Program-made: the position numbers and the translations under genes | Notes under the pieces: model-generated | Databases searched by the model: none | Seen by the model: the letters and a program-made list of their open reading frames with translations, nothing else | What the model was told of the DNA's origin: nothing | In this document: in pieces, positions 19,932 to 29,152 of the stretch | How positions within the stretch are numbered: position 1 is the stretch's first letter | How the letters are laid out: the number at the start of each line of letters is the position of its first letter | Source of the DNA: a virus | DNA: 30,395 bases | Reading direction: 5' to 3' (one strand) | Virus genome (UHGV): UHGV-1557986

Positions 19932-20354
19932 ATGTCATTCTTTTCTACGTTAAAAACAGCTTTGTCTTTGAAGGAGAAACTTGCTGCTACTGGTGTTCTT
20001 GTTCTGATTTGCGCACTTGTTGGTGCTGGGTTTGCATGGGAACGTCATCAGCTAAAGCAAGCCATGGAGAAAATTGGCAGTCTTGATCAGGCTGTTAAGG
20101 AACGTGATAAGTCAATAATGGATCTTAACCAGACCATTGAGACGATGAACAAAGCAGAGCAACATTTTCACAGCCAGGAAGTGAAAAATGAATCAGAACA
20201 AGCCAAATATGCTGACAGGCAAATGGAACGAAAAGCTGAAGTTCAGAAACAACTGGTTGCGTCGGGTAGTGTTCGCCAGCGCATTCCTGTTGACACTCAG
20301 CGGTTGCTCCGGGAGTCGATCAGCGAATTTAACGCCGACGCCGACAAAGGTTAA
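19932..20354 (+). CDS. i-spanin-like protein (Rz-like: N-terminal TM helix, periplasmic coiled coil), 140 aa
   Basis: SD AGGAGG; TM segment LAATGVLVLICALVGAGFAW then charged coiled-coil region. Confidence 0.5.
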   Translation: MSFFSTLKTALSLKEKLAATGVLVLICALVGAGFAWERHQLKQAMEKIGSLDQAVKERDKSIMDLNQTIETMNKAEQHFHSQEVKNESEQAKYADRQMERKAEVQKQLVASGSVRQRIPVDTQRLLRESISEFNADADKG

Positions 20355-20520
20355 TCACCCTGCCCCCAAAAGTGCGTTTATGTGCAGGATGCCAGAGTTT
20401 AGCAGTGAATATTTTGATGATCTGCCAGCCTATATCCTTGATACAGAAACGATGCTGATGGGGATTAACAGGAAGAATCGCAACGTTAATGATTACAACC
20501 ACGCTATCAGTGGTAACTAA
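20188..20520 (+). CDS. o-spanin-like outer-membrane lipoprotein (Rz1-like), overlapping the i-spanin gene in another frame; true start uncertain (possibly TTG 20257 giving MRRVVFASAFLLTLSGC)
   Basis: Lipobox LTLSGC after a hydrophobic h-region; mature part Pro-rich with one Cys; overlapped architecture typical of Rz/Rz1. Confidence 0.45.
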   Translation: MNQNKPNMLTGKWNEKLKFRNNWLRRVVFASAFLLTLSGCSGSRSANLTPTPTKVNHPAPKSAFMCRMPEFSSEYFDDLPAYILDTETMLMGINRKNRNVNDYNHAISGN

Positions 20521-20531
20521 AAGGGATTTTT

Positions 20532-20924
20532 ATGTCTGATAAAGTAACAGTAAAGCAAACTATCAACAAAGCGACTTCAATCTACAAAATTGAGCAAATC
20601 ACTGTTGGCAAGCCAGGATCTGAACAATACCGTCATGCTTTCGAGCTTGCCGATCAGCTTGGTTTAAAACACCCGGATTGCATCGAGCATGTATTTCCGA
20701 CCTATGCTGATGAGCAATGCACTCATGTTCTTACCGAAGAGGATTTTTTCAGCACTGAAGAACGAGAAGGCGTTGATCGCTGCATTGGTGTGATTTGTTC
20801 TTCGGTAAGTGATGAGTTATTCCCTAATGTGCCTGAATATGGTGGTATTGGATACCAGTTCCTGTATGAAGGCGATGAGCTTAAATGCTATGAACATGGT
20901 CTTCTTATCGAAAGCGTAGAATAA
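20532..20924 (+). CDS. hypothetical protein, 130 aa
   Basis: ORF track; no motif recognised. Confidence 0.5.
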   Translation: MSDKVTVKQTINKATSIYKIEQITVGKPGSEQYRHAFELADQLGLKHPDCIEHVFPTYADEQCTHVLTEEDFFSTEEREGVDRCIGVICSSVSDELFPNVPEYGGIGYQFLYEGDELKCYEHGLLIESVE

Positions 20925-20937
20925 TACCCTTCCTTCC

Positions 20938-20961
20938 AACCGGCTATGTTGGCCGGTTTTT
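20938..20961 (+). terminator. rho-independent terminator-like hairpin
   Basis: AACCGGC-tatgttg-GCCGGTT followed by TTT. Confidence 0.4.
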
Positions 20962-20964
20962 CAC

Positions 20965-21221
20965 TTATCCACATTATCCACTGGGTAGATCCAATAATTA
21001 GGTCCATACAGATCCCAATTAGATCCATATAGATCCCTGATCGTTGCAGGCCGCGCCACGTCTGGCTTAGAAGTGTATCGCGATGTGTGCTGGAGGGAAA
21101 ACGATGTGTGCTGGAGGGATAAAAATGTGTGCTGACGGGTTGCTAATGTGTGCTGGCGGGATATAGGATGTGTGCTGACGGGAAAGCCTGGGTAGTTATC
21201 ACCACTTATAAAAACTATCCA
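20965..21221. other. oriR-type plasmid replication origin: tandem DnaA boxes (TTATCCACA 20965-20973, TTATCCACT 20974-20982), cluster of five GATC sites in AGATCC repeats (20986-21045), iterons, and another DnaA box (CTATCCACA 21213-21221)
   Basis: Motifs read directly; arrangement matches the known P1 oriR layout. Confidence 0.8.
21082..21184 (+). repeat. incC: five direct 19-bp iterons (GATGTGTGCTGGAGGGAAA family), 21- to 23-bp periodicity
   Basis: Five copies at 21082, 21103, 21124, 21145, 21166. Confidence 0.85.
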
Positions 21222-21241
21222 CACAATTCGGAAAAAGTAAT

Positions 21242-22102
21242 ATGAATCAATCATTTATCTCCGATATTCTTTACGCAGACATTGAAAGTAAGGCAAAAGA
21301 ACTAACAGTTAATTCAAACAACACTGTCCAGCCTGTAGCATTGATGCGCTTGGGGGTATTCGTTCCGAAGCCATCAAAGAGCAAAGGAGAAAGTAAAGAG
21401 ATTGATGCCACCAAAGCGTTTTCCCAGCTGGAGATAGCTAAAGCCGAGGGTTACGATGATATTAAAATCACCGGTCCTCGACTCGATATGGATACTGATT
21501 TCAAAACGTGGATCGGTGTCATCTACGCGTTCAGCAAATACGGCTTGTCCTCAAACACCATCCAGTTATCGTTTCAGGAATTCGCTAAAGCCTGTGGTTT
21601 CCCCTCAAAACGTCTGGATGCGAAACTGCGTTTAACCATTCATGAATCACTTGGACGCTTACGTAACAAGGGTATCGCTTTTAAGCGCGGAAAAGATGCT
21701 AAAGGCGGCTATCAGACTGGTCTGCTAAAGGTCGGTCGTTTTGATGCTGACCTTGATCTGATAGAGCTGGAGGCTGATTCGAAGCTGTGGGAGCTGTTCC
21801 AGCTTGATTATCGCGTTCTGTTGCAACACCACGCCTTGCGTGCCCTTCCGAAGAAAGAAGCTGCACAAGCCATTTACACTTTCATCGAAAGCCTTCCGCA
21901 GAATCCGTTGCCGCTATCTTTCGCCCGAATCCGTGAGCGCCTGGCTTTGCAGTCAGCTGTTGGCGAGCAAAACCGTATCATTAAGAAAGCGATAGAACAG
22001 CTTAAAACAATCGGCTATCTCGACTGTTCAATTGAGAAGAAAGGCCGGGAAAGTTTTGTAATCGTCCATTCTCGCAATCCAAAGCTGAAACTCCCAGAAT
22101 AA
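21242..22102 (+). CDS. repA: plasmid replication initiator RepA (iteron-binding), 286 aa
   Basis: Flanked upstream by 5 and downstream by 9 iterons; length and N-terminus MNQSFISDILYADIESKAKEL as recalled for P1 RepA. Confidence 0.9.
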   Translation: MNQSFISDILYADIESKAKELTVNSNNTVQPVALMRLGVFVPKPSKSKGESKEIDATKAFSQLEIAKAEGYDDIKITGPRLDMDTDFKTWIGVIYAFSKYGLSSNTIQLSFQEFAKACGFPSKRLDAKLRLTIHESLGRLRNKGIAFKRGKDAKGGYQTGLLKVGRFDADLDLIELEADSKLWELFQLDYRVLLQHHALRALPKKEAAQAIYTFIESLPQNPLPLSFARIRERLALQSAVGEQNRIIKKAIEQLKTIGYLDCSIEKKGRESFVIVHSRNPKLKLPE

Positions 22103-22388
22103 GTGTGTGCTGGAGGGAAGCTGCATTAAAAAAATGTGTGCTGCCGGGAAGGCTTGTCTAATTTCCTGTTTTTGATGTGCGCTGGAGGGGGACGCCCCGC
22201 AGTTTGCCCAGACTTTCCCTCCAGCACACATCTGTCCATCCGTTTTTCCCTCCAGTGCACATGTAATTCTCTGCCTTTCCCTCCAGCACACATATTTGAT
22301 ACCAGCGATCCCTCCACAGCACATAATTTAATGCGACTTCCCTCTATCGCACATTCTGGTCCTGCATCATCCCTCCAGCACACATCTA
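22102..22388. repeat. incA: nine 19-bp iterons, three forward and six reverse, copy-control locus
   Basis: Copies at 22102, 22132, 22173 (forward) and 22214, 22245, 22277, 22307, 22338, 22370 (reverse, TTTCCCTCCAGCACACAT family). Confidence 0.85.
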
Positions 22389-22399
22389 ATAGCCACATC

Positions 22400-22480
22400 G
22401 CCATTTCTTTACGTGCAATAATTGACGCACGAATCAAAAAAAGTTGCACGTAGCAGAATCAAACGTACAATTCACTCATA
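22400..22480 (+). promoter_or_regulatory. putative par operon promoter/operator region
   Basis: Inverted repeat CGTGC-N11-GCACG and A/T-rich sequence upstream of parA. Inference by position. Confidence 0.3.
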
Positions 22481-22495
22481 CGAAATGATAAGGAG

Positions 22496-23707
22496 ATGAT
22501 GATGAAACGCGATTACGGCGGTGTCGGCACCATAGCTCTTCGTGCAAGCGCATTACTTAAGGCCATGAGTCAGGATATTGAAGATCAGCGCAAAGAGTTC
22601 AATCAGACCGAGTATTATCAGACGTTCACTCGTAACGCTGTGGCAAAGTTGCCGAAGCTGAGCCGCCGTATTGTGGAGCAGGCCATCAAAGAGATGGAAG
22701 ATGATGGGTACCAGTTCAACAAGAAACAGGTCGGTAACGTTGAACAGTACGCGCTGACCATCCAGAACGTCATTGATATCTATGCCCACCGTAAGATCCC
22801 CAAATATCGCGACATTCACAAATCGCCTTACGTTATTTTTGTCGTAAACCTGAAGGGTGGCGTATCCAAAACGGTTTCCACAGTCACGTTGGCGCACGCT
22901 CTGCGTGTGCATCAGGATTTACTGCGTCACGATCTGCGCATTCTGGTAATTGACCTTGACCCTCAGGCATCCAGCACAATGTTCCTCGACCATACTCACA
23001 GTATTGGTTCCATCCTGGAAACCGCCGCGCAGGCGATGCTGAACGACCTGGACGCGGAGACGCTACGCAAAGAGGTGATTCGTCCGACCATCGTTCCTGG
23101 CGTAGACGTGATTCCAGCCTCTATCGACGATGGCTTTGTTGCCAGCCAATGGAAAGAGCTGGTTGAAGAGCATCTTCCCGGACAAAATCAGTACGAAATC
23201 CTTCGACGCAATATCATTGATCGTGTTGCGGATGATTATGACTTTATCTTTATTGATACCGGTCCACACCTGGATCCGTTCCTGCTCAACGGTCTGGCGG
23301 CCAGCGATTTGCTGCTTACCCCTACCCCACCAGCCCAGGTTGACTTCCACTCAACACTGAAATATCTCACCCGTCTGCCAGAAATGCTGGAGCAACTGGA
23401 GGAGGAAGGCGTAGAACCGCGTTTGAGCGCCAGCATTGGTTTTATGTCGAAGATGACCGGCAAGCGCGATCACGAGACATCACACAGCCTTGCGCGTGAG
23501 GTTTACGCCAGCAACATTCTGGACTCTTCTCTGCCTCGTCTGGATGGCTTTGAGCGATGCGGCGAGTCTTTCGACACCGTAATCAGTGCCAACCCGCAAT
23601 CGTATCCAGGCAGTGCAGAGGCGCTGAAGAAGGCACGAACCGAGGCCGAGCGTTTCACTAAGGCTGTGTTTGATCGAATTGAGTTTGTTAGGGGTGAGGC
23701 GGCATGA
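22496..23707 (+). CDS. parA: partition ATPase ParA (type Ia, deviant Walker A NLKGGVSKT); start may be the 2nd or 3rd ATG of ATGATGATG
   Basis: Colinear with P1 ParA as remembered, clearly diverged; RBS AAGGAG. Confidence 0.9.
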   Translation: MMMKRDYGGVGTIALRASALLKAMSQDIEDQRKEFNQTEYYQTFTRNAVAKLPKLSRRIVEQAIKEMEDDGYQFNKKQVGNVEQYALTIQNVIDIYAHRKIPKYRDIHKSPYVIFVVNLKGGVSKTVSTVTLAHALRVHQDLLRHDLRILVIDLDPQASSTMFLDHTHSIGSILETAAQAMLNDLDAETLRKEVIRPTIVPGVDVIPASIDDGFVASQWKELVEEHLPGQNQYEILRRNIIDRVADDYDFIFIDTGPHLDPFLLNGLAASDLLLTPTPPAQVDFHSTLKYLTRLPEMLEQLEEEGVEPRLSASIGFMSKMTGKRDHETSHSLAREVYASNILDSSLPRLDGFERCGESFDTVISANPQSYPGSAEALKKARTEAERFTKAVFDRIEFVRGEAA

Positions 23708-24669
23708 AAAAAATAGTTTCCCGTGGACGAGTGCTGGGCAAGAATAGCTCCGAGTTTGCTCGCATGCTTGAAGGCAGTGAAGGCACCAAAACCTTTACCC
23801 TAAAATCTGGCCGCCAGGCTAAATTCTTGCTTACCGTCGTGCTGAGTGGTGAGATTGAGTCGCGCACGTTCGTTGACCCGGCAGTTAACGGCCGCGATCA
23901 GTCTCTGCTCACCCCTGAGTCGGTAAGCGATATTTCCCGCACCATTAAATTGCAACAGTTCTTCCCGGCTATCGGTCGTATGGTTGGGGAGCGCATTGAG
24001 GTATTGGACGGATCGCGTCGCCGCGCTGCGTGTATCTTCAATGAAACGAAATTTGAGATTCTGGTGACGAAAGATGAGATCAGCCTGGCGGATGCCCGCC
24101 AGCTGGCCATTGATATCCAGACAGCCCGCGAACACACTCTGCGCGAGCTGGGTAAACGCTTCGAGGTTATGTACGGTAAGAATATGACCAAAGAAGAGAT
24201 CGCCCGAGCTGAGAACATCTCAAAGGCAAAAGTGACGCGAGCTTTCCAGGCTGCCGCGGTGCCGGATGAGATGATTGCTGTCTTCCCCGTAGCCAGCGAT
24301 CTCGCCCTTCCAGATTACCAGTTACTGCTCCAGATCGCCGAGGATGCTAACGCTAAAAGCGTGCCGATTGAAGAGCTGGTTGATACGGTGCGCGAACGAA
24401 TTGCAGAGACTGAGGGCGCGAAAGAGGATAAAGCGAAGATACTGGCTATCTTCAAAGCGGAAAGCAAAAGCCTGAAGCCCGCGCCGGTTAAATCTGTGGT
24501 GGTTGAGAAGCTGCGAGACTTCTCTGACCGTCGCCAATATGCCCGAAAGAAGTCCGATCCGAAAAAACGGGTTGTCGCCTACGAGTTCTCCAGACTCCCG
24601 TCTGAAGTGCAAACTGAAATTGACGAAGCAATAAAAAAAATCATTGGGAAAATGTCTGCTGGGGAATAA
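23704..24669 (+). CDS. parB: partition centromere-binding protein ParB, 321 aa
   Basis: Overlaps the parA stop (ATGA); conserved blocks NGRDQSLLTP, ILDGSRRRAA, AKVTRA as in P1 ParB. Confidence 0.85.
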   Translation: MKKIVSRGRVLGKNSSEFARMLEGSEGTKTFTLKSGRQAKFLLTVVLSGEIESRTFVDPAVNGRDQSLLTPESVSDISRTIKLQQFFPAIGRMVGERIEVLDGSRRRAACIFNETKFEILVTKDEISLADARQLAIDIQTAREHTLRELGKRFEVMYGKNMTKEEIARAENISKAKVTRAFQAAAVPDEMIAVFPVASDLALPDYQLLLQIAEDANAKSVPIEELVDTVRERIAETEGAKEDKAKILAIFKAESKSLKPAPVKSVVVEKLRDFSDRRQYARKKSDPKKRVVAYEFSRLPSEVQTEIDEAIKKIIGKMSAGE

Positions 24670-24699
24670 TCCCGCTGGTGGGAGGCGGCTTTAGCCCCC

Positions 24700-24800
24700 T
24701 CCCCTGTCTAAAATGTCCCGCGCCTATTTCATGTATAAATATATGATATATATAGATATTCATGGAAAATTTCAGACTGAAATTCCCACGATTTCACGCC
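24700..24800. other. parS-like partition site: AT-rich IHF-like core flanked by heptamer A-boxes (ATTTCA / TGAAAT / ATTTCAC) and hexamer TTCCCA in the position of the P1 B-box
   Basis: AAAATTTCAGACTGAAATTCCCACGATTTCAC closely parallels the P1 parS right arm as remembered, but with TTCCCA where P1 has TCGCCA. Confidence 0.5.
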
Positions 24801-24868
24801 TGTTTTACTTGCCCCCCTCCCCCGCACAAAAAATTTAAAAAATTACTTTTAGCGAGAAAGTCAACAAG

Positions 24869-24884
24869 TGACTTTCAATAAAAT
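24869..24884 (+). promoter_or_regulatory. Candidate late promoter TGACT-N5-TAAAAT upstream of the virion structural genes
   Basis: CAAGTGACTttcaaTAAAAT; same architecture as the site at 4386-4401. Confidence 0.3.
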
Positions 24885-24935
24885 CTCTTCCGAAAAGGGA
24901 TTCACACAAGTGCCTTGTGTTTAAGGAAGAGTAAA

Positions 24936-26642
24936 TTGAGTAACTTACGCGAATACCAGAATCGTATTGCAGATATCGCAAAACGCTCTAAAGCTGTGCT
25001 TGGCTGGGCAAGCACTGCGCAGTTCGGTACTGATAACCAATTCATTAAAGATGATGCCGCGCGTGCCGCATCTATCCTTGAAGCTGCACGTAAAGACCCG
25101 GTTTTTGCGGGTATCTCTGATAATGCCACCGCTCAAATCGCTACAGCGTGGGCAAGTGCACTGGCTGACTACGCCGCAGCACATAAATCTATGCCGCGTC
25201 CGGAAATTCTGGCCTCCTGCCACCAGACGCTGGAAAACTGCCTGATTGAGTCCACCCGCAATAGCATGGATGCCACTAATAAAGCGATGCTGGAATCCGT
25301 CGCAGCAGAGATGATGAGCGTTTCTGACGGTGTTATGCGTCTGCCTTTATTCCTCGCGATGATCCTGCCTGTTCAGTTGGGGGCAGCTACCGCTGATGCG
25401 TGTACCTTCATTCCGGTTACGCGTGACCAGTCCGACATCTATGAAGTCTTTAACGTGGCAGGTTCCTCTTTTGGTTCTTATGCTGCTGGTGATGTTCTGG
25501 ACATGCAATCCGTCGGTGTGTACAGCCAGTTACGCCGCCGCTATGTGCTGGTGGCAAGCTCCGATGGCACCAGCAAAACCGCAACCTTCAAGATGGAAGA
25601 CTTCGAAGGCCAGAATGTACCAATCCGAAAAGGTCGCACTAATATCTACGTTAACCGTATTAAGTCTGTTGTTGATAACGGTTCCGGCAGCCTACTTCAC
25701 TCGTTTACTAATGCTGCTGGTGAGCAAATCACTGTTACCTGCTCTCTGAACTACAACATTGGTCAGATTGCCCTGTCGTTCTCCAAAGCGCCGGATAAAG
25801 GCACTGAGATCGCAATTGAGACGGAAATCAATATTGAAGCCGCTCCTGAGCTGATCCCGCTGATCAACCACGAAATGAAGAAATACACCCTGTTCCCAAG
25901 CCAGTTCGTTATCGCGGCTGAGCACACGGTACAGGCGGCGTATGAAGCACAGCGTGAATTTGGTCTGGACCTGGGTTCCCTACAGTTCCGCACCCTGAAG
26001 GAATACCTGTCTCATGAACAGGATATGCTGCGTCTTCGCATCATGATCTGGCGTACTCTTGCGACCGACACCTTTGACATCGCTCTGCCGGTTAACCAGT
26101 CCTTTGATGTATGGGCAACCATCATTCGTGGCAAATTCCAGACTGTATATCGCGACATTATTGAGCGCGTTAAATCTTCTGGTGCGATGGGGATGTTTGC
26201 TGGTGCTGATGCAGCATCTTTCTTCAAACAGTTGCCGAAGGATTTCTTCCAGCCAGCCGAAGACTATATCCAGACTCCGTATGTTCACTACATCGGTACC
26301 CTGTTCGGTAACGTGAAAGTGTACGAAGTACCTGCTGGTATTTGTAAGAACTTAACGACAGAGAACATTCAGTTCAGCTCGATGGATGTGCTGTGCTACG
26401 TCCGTGATGAAAATCCGGGTAAAGCAGGCTTCGTGACTGGTGATGCTGTCCCGGCCATCCCGTTCCAGCATCCGACCACTCCGGCGCTGGTCAACCGTAC
26501 CACGCTGTGGGGTTCGGCTATCAACGATATGCACCCACGCAACGGCGCTGATTACTTCACTCGTGTAACGCTGACAATGGCCAAAAAAGGCGGGCTTAAC
26601 TTCATTAGCGGCGACACGATTGATGCCGGTGACTCTGAGTAA
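24936..26642 (+). CDS. virion structural protein, tentatively major head protein (P1 gp23-like); start placed at TTG 24936 after RBS AAGGAAG
   Basis: Size about 62 kDa and position next to parS match recollection of P1 gene 23; no motif confirmation. Confidence 0.45.
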   Translation: MSNLREYQNRIADIAKRSKAVLGWASTAQFGTDNQFIKDDAARAASILEAARKDPVFAGISDNATAQIATAWASALADYAAAHKSMPRPEILASCHQTLENCLIESTRNSMDATNKAMLESVAAEMMSVSDGVMRLPLFLAMILPVQLGAATADACTFIPVTRDQSDIYEVFNVAGSSFGSYAAGDVLDMQSVGVYSQLRRRYVLVASSDGTSKTATFKMEDFEGQNVPIRKGRTNIYVNRIKSVVDNGSGSLLHSFTNAAGEQITVTCSLNYNIGQIALSFSKAPDKGTEIAIETEINIEAAPELIPLINHEMKKYTLFPSQFVIAAEHTVQAAYEAQREFGLDLGSLQFRTLKEYLSHEQDMLRLRIMIWRTLATDTFDIALPVNQSFDVWATIIRGKFQTVYRDIIERVKSSGAMGMFAGADAASFFKQLPKDFFQPAEDYIQTPYVHYIGTLFGNVKVYEVPAGICKNLTTENIQFSSMDVLCYVRDENPGKAGFVTGDAVPAIPFQHPTTPALVNRTTLWGSAINDMHPRNGADYFTRVTLTMAKKGGLNFISGDTIDAGDSE

Positions 26643-26702
26643 TCAGGGGAAGTTCTCCGTTTAACATAGCGCCCCCGTGCGGGGCGCATAACAGGGAAAG
26701 TT

Positions 26703-28292
26703 ATGTCTCAATATTCAATTCAACAGTCATTAGGTAATGCATCCGGCGTCGCGGTTAGCCCGATCAATGCCGATGCGACGTTATCTACCGGTGTTGCATT
26801 AAATAGCAGCTTATGGGCTGGTATTGGCGTATTTGCGCGTGGCAAGCCGTTTACTGTTCTTGCGGTTACTGAGTCCAATTACGAAGATGTTCTCGGCGAA
26901 CCGCTGAAGCCGTCTTCCGGCTCACAGTTCGAACCAATTCGCCATGTATACGAAGCTATTCAGCAAACGTCTGGTTATGTTGTTCGCGCTGTTCCGGATG
27001 ATGCGAAGTTCCCGATTATTATGTTCGATGAATCAGGCGAACCGGCTTACAGTGCGTTGCCATACGGTTCTGAAATTGAACTTGATAGTGGCGAAGCCTT
27101 TGCTATCTACGTTGATGATGGTGATCCGTGTATTTCACCTACCCGTGAGTTAACCATCGAAACGGCAACAGCGGACAGCGCGGGTAATGAACGCTTCCTC
27201 TTAAAACTGACCCAGACGACTTCGCTCGGCGTGGTAACGACCCTGGAGACACACACTGTGTCTTTGGCGGAAGAAGCGAAAGATGACATGGGCCGCTTGT
27301 GTTATCTGCCTACGGCTCTGGAAGCCCGTTCTAAATATCTGCGCGCGGTTGTTAATGAAGAGCTGATTTCGACAGCGAAAGTAACAAACAAAAAATCGTT
27401 GGCGTTCACTGGCGGTACCAACGGCGATCAGTCGAAAATCTCAACCGCTGCGTACCTGCGTGCGGTTAAAGTGCTGAATAATGCGCCGTACATGTACACC
27501 GCTGTTCTTGGCCTGGGCTGCTATGACAATGCGGCTATCACCGCATTAGGTAAAATCTGTGCAGATCGCCTGATTGATGGCTTCTTTGATGTCAAACCGA
27601 CATTGACGTACACGGAAGCGATCTCTGCTGTTGAAGATACCGGTTTACTTGGTACCGATTATGTAAGCTGTGCTGTCTATCACTACCCGTTCTCCTGCAA
27701 AGACAAATGGACCCAATCCCGTGTGGTCTTTGGTCTGTCTGGCGTGGCGTATGCGGCGAAAGCTCGTGGCGTCAAGAAAAACTCTGATGTCGGCGGTTGG
27801 CATTACTCACCGGCTGGTGAAGAACGTGCCGTCATTGCTCGTGCGTCAATTCAACCGCTGTATCCGGAAGATACCCCGGACGAAGAAGCAATGGTCAAGG
27901 GCCGTCTCAATAAAGTATCTGTTGGCACCTCTGGCCAGATGATCATCGACGATGCTTTAACTTGCTGCACGCAGGATAACTATCTGCACTTCCAGCACGT
28001 CCCATCCCTGATGAATGCAATCAGCCGTTTCTTTGTCCAGTTAGCCCGACAGATGAAGCATAGCCCGGACGGTATTACTGCGGCTGGCCTGACTAAAGGG
28101 ATGACCAAACTTTTAGATCGCTTTGTCGCCTCCGGCGCTCTGGTGGCTCCTCGTGATCCTGATGCTGACGGTACAGAACCGTATGTGCTGAAAGTTACGC
28201 AGGCGGAATTCGATAAATGGGAAGTAGTCTGGGCCTGCTGCCCGACTGGCGTAGCCCGTCGTATCCAGGGCGTACCGCTGCTTATTAAGTAA
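26703..28292 (+). CDS. virion structural protein, tentatively contractile tail sheath (P1 gp22-like), 529 aa
   Basis: Size and synteny only. Confidence 0.4.
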   Translation: MSQYSIQQSLGNASGVAVSPINADATLSTGVALNSSLWAGIGVFARGKPFTVLAVTESNYEDVLGEPLKPSSGSQFEPIRHVYEAIQQTSGYVVRAVPDDAKFPIIMFDESGEPAYSALPYGSEIELDSGEAFAIYVDDGDPCISPTRELTIETATADSAGNERFLLKLTQTTSLGVVTTLETHTVSLAEEAKDDMGRLCYLPTALEARSKYLRAVVNEELISTAKVTNKKSLAFTGGTNGDQSKISTAAYLRAVKVLNNAPYMYTAVLGLGCYDNAAITALGKICADRLIDGFFDVKPTLTYTEAISAVEDTGLLGTDYVSCAVYHYPFSCKDKWTQSRVVFGLSGVAYAAKARGVKKNSDVGGWHYSPAGEERAVIARASIQPLYPEDTPDEEAMVKGRLNKVSVGTSGQMIIDDALTCCTQDNYLHFQHVPSLMNAISRFFVQLARQMKHSPDGITAAGLTKGMTKLLDRFVASGALVAPRDPDADGTEPYVLKVTQAEFDKWEVVWACCPTGVARRIQGVPLLIK

Positions 28293-28301
28293 GGGAATAC
28301 A

Positions 28302-29117
28302 ATGAGCAAAAACTTTTTTCAATCCGGGGCATTTTTGGGGAATGGACTGTCTCGTTTCGCTTTGAACTCTGATCCTGTGCAGCTGATGGAGTCTGCCCGA
28401 GCAAGCGCTGAACCGCCAACAGATCCGGTTATTAATAATAATCCGGAACCGGCGGCACAGACTAACGATAACGTTCCATCTGCCCAGGCTCCTGAGCAAA
28501 TCCTGGAAGGGAAAGACGGTAAAGAATGGACCGTCGAACAGGCGCACCAGATGATTCTGGAAGCTGCAAATCGAAGTGCTATGCAAAATGCGTTGAGTGA
28601 TGCGGCCGACGCCGTTTTCGCCTGGGCTGATAGCGGTGATCTGACTTTCGACTCCCTTGATGGTTTCGTTCAGGCTATCGCTGGTATCTCTGATGACGAC
28701 GACTCCGAAGTTACAGAAGAACAGGACGATGCCTATAACGAAGCATGGGCAAATGTTGCTGACTTCCTCGCAGCATGCGGTGTAGATGATGACCTGATCG
28801 AAGCACTGGCTGACGATGAAGACGACGACGCAGCTGCTGATGTTGGTGCCTCTATCGCTGGTTTAGATAGCGACGACCGCGACGAACTGGAAGCGGCGTT
28901 TGTTGTTGCTGGCACTTCTGATGAAATGCTGACTGAAGCATTTAAGAAGGTTGTTCGTAACGGTGAGATCAAACTCATCCGTAAACGCCTGCGTAAAAAA
29001 CGTCTGACTGCGGCTCAAAAATCGGCGCTGAAAAAAGCGCGTCGAAAAGCCCAGACCGGCGCGGCAAAACTTGCCCGCAAAAAGTCAATGAAACTGCGCC
29101 GTAAGCGCCTTGGCTAA
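28302..29117 (+). CDS. hypothetical acidic protein with poly-basic C-terminal tail, 271 aa
   Basis: Asp/Glu-rich body; last 45 aa about half Lys/Arg (KRLRKKRLTAAQKSALKKARRKAQTGAAKLARKKSMKLRRKRLG). Confidence 0.5.
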   Translation: MSKNFFQSGAFLGNGLSRFALNSDPVQLMESARASAEPPTDPVINNNPEPAAQTNDNVPSAQAPEQILEGKDGKEWTVEQAHQMILEAANRSAMQNALSDAADAVFAWADSGDLTFDSLDGFVQAIAGISDDDDSEVTEEQDDAYNEAWANVADFLAACGVDDDLIEALADDEDDDAAADVGASIAGLDSDDRDELEAAFVVAGTSDEMLTEAFKKVVRNGEIKLIRKRLRKKRLTAAQKSALKKARRKAQTGAAKLARKKSMKLRRKRLG

Positions 29118-29152
29118 AGGAGGAGGCCGGAGAACTCCGGCCTTTAACTTGA

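Noticed and set aside
20961-21254. Minus-strand ORF of 97 aa across oriR
   Set aside because: Lies entirely over the DnaA boxes, GATC cluster and incC iterons; its repetitive amino-acid content reflects the iterons.
22102-22453. ORF-track ORFs 22028-22324, 22126-22449 and 22136-22453, and a possible CRISPR-like array
   Set aside because: The region is the incA iteron array: 19-bp repeats in mixed orientation with irregular 2-13 bp spacing, not CRISPR repeats with unique spacers. The ORFs are repeat-driven artefacts.
24936-26642. Alternative reading of the 575-aa protein as the tail sheath rather than the major head protein
   Set aside because: Not excluded, but size correspondence with recalled P1 products (head about 62 kDa, sheath about 57 kDa, tube about 21 kDa) favours the head/sheath/tube order given; kept as a low-confidence call.
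26666-26684. GC-rich hairpin GCGCCCC-gtgc-GGGGCGC between the head-like and sheath-like genes as a terminator
   Set aside because: No T-run follows; more likely a weak attenuator or mRNA stability stem, not annotated as a terminator.
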